A stretch of DNA of 64,000 nt, from assembly GCA_964234715.1 (NCBI GenBank), contig OZ174277.1; one strand, 5' to 3'. The notes beneath the pieces are model-generated. The model did not search any database. It was not told the origin of the DNA and saw only the letters and a list, made by a program, of their open reading frames with translations. This document shows positions 38,587 through 46,620 of the stretch, piece after piece; position 1 is the stretch's first letter, and every line of letters starts with the position of its first letter. The DNA is from Podarcis melisellensis (lineage: Eukaryota). The position numbers and the translations under genes are program-made.

Positions 38587-40192
38587 TACCCTGTTCTCCT
38601 TGGCACATACCCCTGTGCGGTTACAGCCATTGCTATCATTGTTAGCTCTATACCCTGACAGTGCATCGGCATCTTATTTGCGTGATGGTTTTTCTTTTGG
38701 TTTCAGGATCCCAGTCGCCTCCACCCCTGTAGCTGGGAACCCTGTTAATCAAAAATCGGTTAAGGATATGCCAGAGGTGGCACGCAAGAAAATCGGGAAA
38801 GAATTGGCGTTGCAGCGTATGGCTGGGCCTTTTGCCACCCCCCCTTTTCCTAACTTGCATATTTCACCCTTGGGCATCGTTCCCAAAAAGGCTCCGGGGG
38901 AATTCCGCCTAATCCACAATTTATCTAGTCCTAGAGGCACGTCAGTAAATGACGTAATTCCCCCGGAGCTTTGTTCGGTGAAGTATGCGTCTCTTGATCA
39001 CGCGATCAAGATCATCAGGAAGTTCGGGCGGGGTGCCCTGCTAGCCAAATGCGACATTGAGTCGGCGTTTCGGCTGCTTCCTATTCATCCCGATGACTTT
39101 TGGCTGCTAGGTTTCCAATTTGAAGGGGGTTATTATTTTGACAAAGCTATGCCCATGGGCTGCTCGGTGGCCTGTGCGGCCTTTGAGTGTTTTAGTTCAT
39201 TTTTGGAATGGGCTTTGCGTGAAAAAACCGGTTTGGGCGGGGTTACGCATTACCTGGATGATTTTTTGATGACTTCGGCAAAAAATACGGGTAATTGTGA
39301 GGTGCTTTTGCGTGCCTTTGCCTCCCTGGCGGAGTACCTGGGCGTTCCGTTGGCGGCGGAGAAGACCGAGGGCCCTTCTACGCAGCTGACTTATTTAGGT
39401 ATCTTGCTGGATACGGTGGCCCAAACTTCCAGTTTGCCGCCTGAGAAGATTACCACTTTAAAGAGGGTCATCAGTGAACTCCTTCCCTTAAAGAAGGTGA
39501 CGTTGCGGCAACTCCAGTCGCTGCTGGGTCACTTGAATTTCGCTTGCAGGGTGGTCGCTCCGGGGAGGCCATTCTGCTCACGTTTGGCCAGACTGACATC
39601 GGGGCTGCGGGCCCCGCAGCACAGAGTGCGCCTTCCTCAACAAGTGAGGGCTGACCTTAACATGTGGTTGGAATTCCTAGAGGAATTCAATGGTGTTTCC
39701 TTGTGGCAGGACATTTTGAACCTCCATAATGATTTTCAGGTGCACTCTGATGCGGCGGGGTCATTGGGGTTTGGTCTCTACTGGGATGGTAGGTGGTGCG
39801 CGGAACACTGGCCTCCGGATTGGCGTGGAGAAGCAATAACTCGAGATTTAACGTTCCTTGAGTTCTTCCCCATTGTGGTGGCCGTGCACTTGTGGGTGGA
39901 GCATTTCAGAGACCACCGGGTTTGCTTTTGGTCTGATAACCAGGCGGTGGTGAAGGTACTGGCTAAGCAGTCTTCACGATCTCCGCGAGTATCAGCTTTG
40001 CTGCGGGCGTTTGTATTACACTGTTTACGCTTTAACATAGTGTTTTCTGCCCGCTTTATTCCGGGCATATCTAATGAGATTGCTGATGCTCTGTCCCGTT
40101 TTCAGATGGAGCGGTTCAGGTCCCTGGCGCCACTGGCTCGAGACCGTCCGGAAATTTTCCCGGATCATCTCTGGAACCTTGGCAGCACTTAG
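38300..40192 (+). CDS. pol: Ngaro reverse transcriptase / RNase H
   Basis: 630-aa ORF overlapping gag. RT motifs FRLIHNLS, KCDIESAFRLLP, MPMG, YLDDF, YLGILLD. RNase H motifs HSDAAG, LEFFP, WSDNQ, NEIADALSR. Confidence 0.95.
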   Translation: MSGPLMWPLELIRKPLIHRSLSRPQRDLAVSWSVGTSIKVLVRGNPANICMCVTSAQVTTQPPHVPAAGGHFGKGEAHSSLLKQLPKLLPLEQGSSTLFSLAHTPVRLQPLLSLLALYPDSASASYLRDGFSFGFRIPVASTPVAGNPVNQKSVKDMPEVARKKIGKELALQRMAGPFATPPFPNLHISPLGIVPKKAPGEFRLIHNLSSPRGTSVNDVIPPELCSVKYASLDHAIKIIRKFGRGALLAKCDIESAFRLLPIHPDDFWLLGFQFEGGYYFDKAMPMGCSVACAAFECFSSFLEWALREKTGLGGVTHYLDDFLMTSAKNTGNCEVLLRAFASLAEYLGVPLAAEKTEGPSTQLTYLGILLDTVAQTSSLPPEKITTLKRVISELLPLKKVTLRQLQSLLGHLNFACRVVAPGRPFCSRLARLTSGLRAPQHRVRLPQQVRADLNMWLEFLEEFNGVSLWQDILNLHNDFQVHSDAAGSLGFGLYWDGRWCAEHWPPDWRGEAITRDLTFLEFFPIVVAVHLWVEHFRDHRVCFWSDNQAVVKVLAKQSSRSPRVSALLRAFVLHCLRFNIVFSARFIPGISNEIADALSRFQMERFRSLAPLARDRPEIFPDHLWNLGST

Positions 40193-41079
40193 TTTTTCAG
40201 GGAGTAGCTGCTTCTGTCGCCCCCTCTACTTTGAGGTCCTATGAGAAAGCATGGGCCGATTTTTTGCTATTTAATGGACAGTCAGTAGCTGGGGAGGTTC
40301 TTGCCCCCCATTCTACATCCCAGGTGCTCAGGTATTTAGCACATTTATTCCAGAAGCGCAGGGCAGTCAGGACGCTGCGCCTTCACTCAGCAGCGATCTC
40401 CTTTTTTAGTAAGGCATTCTTCAACAAAGACCCGTGTGGGAAGTTTGTGGTGCGCAAGGCTTTGGAAGGATGGGGGCGATTGCTCCCCTCCGGGCTTCCC
40501 CCCCGACGACCCATCACTTTTGAACTTTTGGCAAAAATGCGCTGTAAATTGCGCAGCATCTGTTGGTCGTCTTTTGAGGCGCGGCTATTTTCCGCAGCCT
40601 TTTCATTAGCCTTTTTTGGGGCTCTGAGGGTAGGTGAGGTGGTACTGGAGCCTAAGCGGGATGGTGGTTCCAGGGGATTATTGCTACAGGACGTGAGTTT
40701 GTCTCCGTCTGAGCTTCAGGTTAACGTCAGAAATTCGAAGACAGACCAATTGGGCAGGGGTGCCATTATTCGGCTCCCGGCGTCGGGGGAACGTGGCCCT
40801 TGCCCTGTAAAAGACCTCACAAAATATTTGGCCTTGCGTCCAGCAGGTGAAGGACCCCTGTTTATTCATGAGAACGGGCGCCCTCTGGGGAGGCATCAGT
40901 TCGCCAGAGTGTTGCGTAAAGCTCTTGCAGCTTGCGGCCAGGTGGCATCGGAGTTTGCACCTCATTCCTTTCGGATTGGTGCTGCAACGACGGCTGCCCA
41001 TTGGGGTTTGTCGGTGCATGGGATTAAAGATTTGGGTCGTTGGAAATCGGGGGCATTCAAAGTATATGTGCGCACATGA
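40087..41079 (+). CDS. Tyrosine recombinase (frame open from 40087; first in-frame ATG only at 40537)
   Basis: Full catalytic set: R (ALRVGE), K (SKTDQ), HxxR (HSFR), W (GRWKS), Y (KVYVR). Confidence 0.95.
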   Translation, partial: CSVPFSDGAVQVPGATGSRPSGNFPGSSLEPWQHLVFQGVAASVAPSTLRSYEKAWADFLLFNGQSVAGEVLAPHSTSQVLRYLAHLFQKRRAVRTLRLHSAAISFFSKAFFNKDPCGKFVVRKALEGWGRLLPSGLPPRRPITFELLAKMRCKLRSICWSSFEARLFSAAFSLAFFGALRVGEVVLEPKRDGGSRGLLLQDVSLSPSELQVNVRNSKTDQLGRGAIIRLPASGERGPCPVKDLTKYLALRPAGEGPLFIHENGRPLGRHQFARVLRKALAACGQVASEFAPHSFRIGAATTAAHWGLSVHGIKDLGRWKSGAFKVYVRT

Positions 41080-41692
41080 TATGGATATGTACTTACATTT
41101 TTTGTGTTTAACCCTAGGTTGGGCTCCTATCCGTATTTGGATAGTAGGCCACAGTATTGTACATTGGGCTGCCGTCAGAGCTCGTCAGTCTGGACTGGGC
41201 GAGGGCCTATGCTTCCCACAACACGTTCAGGTTTCCTGGATCTCCAGACGGGGGATGCTGTGGAGTGAATTCTTACCACTCATGCGAAGGCGCGTTTTCC
41301 AGGATGGTCCTCCTTCAGCGATTGTGGTGCAGCTCGGGGAGAACGATATCGTATCTTCTTCCTGCTTTGGGCTGCGTGCTGCCATTTTACAGGACTTGGG
41401 GGAATTGGCGGCCATGGTGCCTTTTACTACACTGATTTGGTCACAGTTGCTTCAACGCCGCACGTGGCGTGGTAGTCCCTGCCCAGCAGCCACTGAACGG
41501 GTTAGGAAGCGGGTTAATTCCGCAGCAAGCAAGTTGGTGGTGGGCCTGGGCGGATTGGTGATACCTCACCCTCTTATTTCATTCAAGGCTGCTGAACTAT
41601 ACAGAGATGACGGGGTTCATCTCTCTTCAGTGGGGAATGATTTGTGGTTGGATTCAGTGGTGTCCAAGTTGAGGGTCTGGTTTGCTTTGTGA
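40847..41692 (+). CDS. SGNH/GDSL-family hydrolase (domain ~41118-41692)
   Basis: Block I IVGHS, block II RRG, block III LGEND and block V DGVH. Hydrolase ORFs are known from some vertebrate Ngaro elements. Confidence 0.9.
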   Translation: MKDPCLFMRTGALWGGISSPECCVKLLQLAARWHRSLHLIPFGLVLQRRLPIGVCRCMGLKIWVVGNRGHSKYMCAHDMDMYLHFLCLTLGWAPIRIWIVGHSIVHWAAVRARQSGLGEGLCFPQHVQVSWISRRGMLWSEFLPLMRRRVFQDGPPSAIVVQLGENDIVSSSCFGLRAAILQDLGELAAMVPFTTLIWSQLLQRRTWRGSPCPAATERVRKRVNSAASKLVVGLGGLVIPHPLISFKAAELYRDDGVHLSSVGNDLWLDSVVSKLRVWFAL

Positions 41693-41720
41693 GTGGTTGG
41701 CGGCGAGCGTAGGGCTCGAG

Positions 41721-42140
41721 TGGCGGTTAGGCATTGGTTAAAATTGCTTGGTGGAGGGGTATGGATAGGCTGGGCCTGCCCCTCCAATGCTGCTGCTGCA
41801 CGGGTATTCCGTTAAAGGAATTCTGAAGCTTACCATCCCCTTCGTCCAAACCCTGACGGCAGGGTGCGGGCCGTGTAAGCTTCAAGGAGCATGCGGGGTG
41901 TAGCTGAGGGTCTGATTCACAGCTCTGGCTGGCCCTGATCTTGTTCCTCCGAACTGGCTAAGGAGTCAGTGCTGTCCCCCAAGGCGGGAGGGGACAGCTA
42001 GTCATAACCAATGCCTAAGCAACCATTCACAATTTGTATGATAATAAAGTTGTGGCCAAAATTATGCCAAAAACCTTAAACAAAAATCACGTGTCATGTG
42101 TGAGTTATTGGGGTAGGGGTTTTGAAGGACCTCGTCACGC
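41721..42140 (+). repeat. Split direct repeat B1 (420 bp), AATAAA at 42043-42048
   Basis: Identical by eye to 42517-42936. Confidence 0.95.
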
Positions 42141-42353
42141 AAAGCGTGTTCTCCCTAAAAGAGAGCACGTGTTGCGGATGGGGCCAGGCAAAACCCAGGT
42201 TGCCAAGCATGATTAGATAGGAGGGGCTTGGAGCAGTTTGGATATTGGTGTTGCTGAGGATAAATTGATGTTGCCAATTTAGGGGTGGGATTAGTGGCTA
42301 TTTAAGTAAGGTTCACAGCTTTCTCTTTCTCTTTTGCTGTGAACATCGGATCT
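42141..42353 (+). repeat. Split direct repeat A2
   Basis: Copy of 35602-35814. Confidence 0.95.
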
Positions 42354-42516
42354 CCCGCCCGCCCTCCCTTGTTGGGCTTGCGCTTGACCTTGCTTTGCCT
42401 GTCATGGGGTCGTCCGCCTTGGTGCGGGGGCCCAGTAGGAATTTACCAATTGGCTGATTAGTGTGTGCCTTTTGGGTTTTGCCTACTGCTTAGCAAATCG
42501 TCACAACTTGTAAGGT

Positions 42517-42936
42517 TGGCGGTTAGGCATTGGTTAAAATTGCTTGGTGGAGGGGTATGGATAGGCTGGGCCTGCCCCTCCAATGCTGCTGCTGCACGGG
42601 TATTCCGTTAAAGGAATTCTGAAGCTTACCATCCCCTTCGTCCAAACCCTGACGGCAGGGTGCGGGCCGTGTAAGCTTCAAGGAGCATGCGGGGTGTAGC
42701 TGAGGGTCTGATTCACAGCTCTGGCTGGCCCTGATCTTGTTCCTCCGAACTGGCTAAGGAGTCAGTGCTGTCCCCCAAGGCGGGAGGGGACAGCTAGTCA
42801 TAACCAATGCCTAAGCAACCATTCACAATTTGTATGATAATAAAGTTGTGGCCAAAATTATGCCAAAAACCTTAAACAAAAATCACGTGTCATGTGTGAG
42901 TTATTGGGGTAGGGGTTTTGAAGGACCTCGTCACGC
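42517..42936 (+). repeat. Split direct repeat B2
   Basis: Copy of 41721-42140. Confidence 0.95.
42839..42844 (+). terminator. Polyadenylation signal of the full-length element transcript
   Basis: AATAAAGTTGTGGCC is conserved in all three Ngaro-like units, with a GT-rich tract downstream. Confidence 0.7.
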
Positions 42937-43298
42937 AAAATAACAGGCTGAAAAACTCTGGGGGTTTATACCACTTTAAAGAGCTGGCCCATGAGAAATT
43001 ATACATAAAACTGGGGGTGGGGGAGGGGGAGATACCAATAATAAATAAGACCCACAGTGATGAACAGGATTCAGCGAGTGGCCAGAGAGCTCCCAAAATA
43101 ACCCTAACTGGACCAGAAAACAAAGGCCACAATATCTGACTGCCAGTGGCACTGATATGAACATCAAGATGCCCAGATGGATGGCAGTTTTCTATGTGGT
43201 TATATCTGCAACAATCTTCACATGTTTTACTTAGAAATGGAGATTAAAGTTTGAAAGCCAAGAGGTTCTATTTGTGTGGGGCAGGGTAGGTCCTTGTC

Positions 43299-43338
<40 letters not shown>

Positions 43339-43380
43339 TTTATACCCTGCCCATCTGGCTGGGTTTCCCCAGCCACTCAA
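43299..43380 (-). mobile_element. L2-type 3' terminal fragment with (AAT)n tail
   Basis: (AAT)n followed by 'tttataccctgcccatctggctgggtttccccagccactc', as at 49905-50070. Confidence 0.7.
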
Positions 43381-44569
43381 CTCCTGTTGTATTGAATTTG
43401 GGGCCTTTTGCATTCAAAGCTGATACTCTACCACAGAGCAACAGCCCTTCCCCAATTCTTGTTCTAATATTTATATTGGTCAATACATATTTGTACTACC
43501 AAATTTCATGACTTCCTAGGAGTTGGATTTTGGGAAACCGCTAAGAATTCTTCTAGCTCTTTAATAATTTTTTTATATACACACACCCCACAACCATGCT
43601 TACAGTTCTGTGTGAACCCCTATCGATTGCTGGGAATGCTTAAATGGGAGTCTGCACGCAACTGAAACCATTTTGCCAGTGTGACCACGTCATAGAAGCT
43701 TCCTGACATAAGATCACGGGACTGCCCCATTAAATCAAGTTTGTGCATAATGTTGCCTGGAGGGCGAATGGTGCAATAATGTAAAAGTTTGGAGAACTGA
43801 AGGGACGGTAAGCGATTCTGAGCATGTAGTTCTCTGTTGTTGTTGTTGCTGCTGCTGCTGCTGCTGTTGCTTCTTCCTAATGAGTCCTCCAGTTTTTTTA
43901 AAGGCTTTCATTACACAGACGAGCATTGGCCTCATCAATCCACAAGCAAGTCCCAACTCCCTACTGAGTGTCGACAGAATGCAAGGCTGCAAATTATGTT
44001 TTGCCGCTCAAAAACTTTTCATACAGCGGAAGCCCGGGGAATCATTATCCTGTATCCTTCAACACATTTTGAAAACATCAATATGCTAATGAAAATCAGC
44101 TCTGCTTTTTTCCATCATCACGTCTAGACAGAACAACTAACCCCCTCCCAGCTGAAAGCAGCAGTGTGGTTAAGAACAGATGGGCTTGCGCTCAGCTCAA
44201 ATAAGAGGAATGGGATGCTTTGGGAGATGGGGTGATGGCGGAGGAGAGAAGATGGGCAAAGAAAACATAGGCTGGAACATTTGATGTTGGTAGAATTGAG
44301 CCCTGTGACTGCCAGACTAAATGAAAGGACATGCTAGCCCCAACCATTGGCCAAAGGAACAAGAGTCACCAAGTACTCTTCAAGAAAGGCCATCAGCAAG
44401 AGAAAGTCAACATGGCCTGGACTAAATATAAATGCTTGTAGACTGTGTACGCCGCTTCGTTGTGGCCATGAAGAACTGAACTCCCTCAACCCTTTGCCTC
44501 CACTCTTCCTTTCCTCATGTGCTGTGTCTTCTTAGCTTGTCTGCATAAGCTTGATGCAAAGCCTGTTTC

Positions 44570-44572
44570 TAT

Positions 44573-44611
<39 letters not shown>

Positions 44612-44612
44612 T
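44570..44612. repeat. (ATTT)n microsatellite
   Basis: Read directly. Confidence 0.95.
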
Positions 44613-45164
44613 CATGATTTTACACACTTTGGGAGAGAATAATGGTCTGAATCACAGAATTAACGCAATATAAGAAAGAAAGAAGTGTGTGTTAAACCTC
44701 AGGACGTGGCTAAAAAAGAAGAAAAACCTTGCATCTCTTCCACTGAGATGCAGATCTCACAGTTGGCCATAACTAGGGATTGAGGAAATCTGTTTGGTTC
44801 ACATTTTAATATAAGCCTACCATTCTAACACATTTCCCAGTAACATGTGAACCAAAACAATACTATCCTTCAAAATTCACCCTTCTCCTAATTTTCCAAT
44901 GCAGTTCACCAACCCAGAAATGAATACTAAAATGCACATATTAGGGAAAGTATACATAAAAATGCATGTTATAAAAGGGGAAAATGTTTGCAAATATGCA
45001 TACATTGGGCAAAATTGCACACTAAAATATGCATGTTAGGAGAAATCCTCACTAAAGCAAATGAATTTGAGAACCTTTTTTTTAATGCAAGCTGATGTAG
45101 AAATGTGAAGAACAGAGATTAAGACTGGAAAAATGAGAAACGTGGAGTAACTGAAATTGACATA

Positions 45165-45399
45165 CAGTGGTACCTCGGGTTACGAACTTAATTTGTTCCA
45201 GAGGTCCATTCTTAACCTGAAACCATTCTTAACCTGAGCTGCACTTTTGCTAATGGGGCCTCCTGCTGCCACCACGCCAAGCGATTTCCGTTCTCATCCT
45301 GGGGCAAAGTTCGCAACCCGAGGTACTACTTCTGGGTTAACGGAGTTTGTAACCCGAAGTGTTTGTAACCCGAAGCATTTATAACCCGAGGTACCACTG
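45165..45399. mobile_element. Tc1/mariner MITE, copy 3 (opposite orientation to copies 1-2)
   Basis: TIR cagtggtacctcgggtta / taacccgaggtaccactg with TA TSD. Confidence 0.9.
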
Positions 45400-46156
45400 T
45401 ATTTGTCCATGACTATGTTCACATCATAAGAACATACCTAGCTGGTAGCTGCTCTGAAGGGCAAAATAAATTTGTATTTGATGCAAGATGTCACTGCCAT
45501 TCCTTCAACATGTTTTCAGATTTTGGAGCATGTTTGCAAACTCTGGGCTCTAGAGCTGAGCTAACCCCTGCTTGATTCAGTGTGAGACTTGCTGAGCTTC
45601 ATCCAAATTCACTGAGAAACAGAACTTCCTCCTACAAGCTTTTGTTGTATGCTGTATTACCCAATGGGACAGAAATTATGGGGCAAAAGGTTTCCACTTG
45701 CCTGGAATCCTATTAAGACATTTTGTTTTACTTCTGGCAGAGTCAGATCTGAGTGAGCAGATAATTTAATGAAAGGAGGGATCATAACAGGCAAAGTCAG
45801 GCTTAAAGGGTGGAGCGGGGCTGGGGGTGGGAAAAGCTTCACTAAATTTCTTGGCGTTCAAGTTTACCCTACTCCTTAAGTTTCAGAGCATGAAGCACAG
45901 AAAGCCCTGAGCCTTAAGAGGGCAAAAGGCCAAAAGCTACATGGGAATAAAGATATAAATTAAACAGAGGAAGGAGAATGCACAGAAGTTCATCCGCCTC
46001 TGACTAGTTTAACAGGCTATTCCCTTCCTTCTCCTGAATGGTTTGTGTTATCGGAGATTTCTAGTGCATTTGAAAGCTTTGCATGGGATTTACCTGAGGT
46101 AAATTCATCCGCGTACCTGAAATACATTTATTGCCTATTCATCAAGAGGACACACA

Positions 46157-46620
46157 GCCCTATACGGCCTAGGACCCTCGTACCTACGGTACCGCCTCTC
46201 CTGGTATGCCCCACAGAGAAATTTACGGTCTGCAAATAAAAACATCCTAAAGATCCCAGGCCACAGAGAAGTTAGGCTGGCCTCAACTAGAGCCAGGGCT
46301 TTCTCGGCCGCAGCTCCAATCTGGTGGAACGCTCTGTCACAAGAGACTAGGGCCCTGCGGGACCTGACATCTTTCCGCAGGGCCTGCAAGACAGAGCTGT
46401 TCCACCAGGCCTTTGGTCAGGGGGCAGCCTGACCTCCTCCTCTGGCAATCTGCACAGAATTTTGCTTGATGGTTGCCATTAATTTGATCTTAATTAGATT
46501 TTAATTAATTTTATAATGAATGTTTTTAGAATGTTGGACTATTTTGATTGTTGTTAGCCACCCTGAGCTCAGCTTCGGCTGGGGAGGGCGGGATATAAAT
46601 AAAATTTATTATTATTATTA
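46157..46620 (+). mobile_element. L2 LINE 3' end
   Basis: Translates as LYGLGPSYLR...RAFSAAAPIWWNAL...FRRACKTELF, followed by a 3' UTR 'gggcgggatataaat' and (ATT)n. Confidence 0.85.

Larger units (their letters stand above)
35602..42939 (+). mobile_element. Full-length Ngaro-type (DIRS order) tyrosine-recombinase retrotransposon
   Basis: Split direct repeats A1(35602-35814)...B1(41721-42140)-A2(42141-42353)-spacer-B2(42517-42936), enclosing gag, RT/RNaseH, YR and SGNH ORFs. There is no classical TSD, only a shared AAA at the junctions. Confidence 0.97.

Noticed and set aside
38684-38706. Acceptor-like tract ggtttttcttttggtttcag in pol
   Set aside because: It encodes the GFSFGFR peptide and is phase 2, not matching the phase-1 donors; probably a by-product of coding.
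41802-41818. Resemblance of CGTTAAA to the pistol ribozyme core
   Set aside because: The surrounding pistol stems and pseudoknot could not be built; kept only as an unnamed motif.
41721-42936. LTR pair, CRISPR-like array or assembly duplication
   Set aside because: The A...B-A-B order with YR and RT is the Ngaro split-direct-repeat layout, and the independent solos confirm the A-spacer-B unit.
43735-44127. PolyQ/polyL ORFs
   Set aside because: Translations of a (TTG)n(CTG)n microsatellite.
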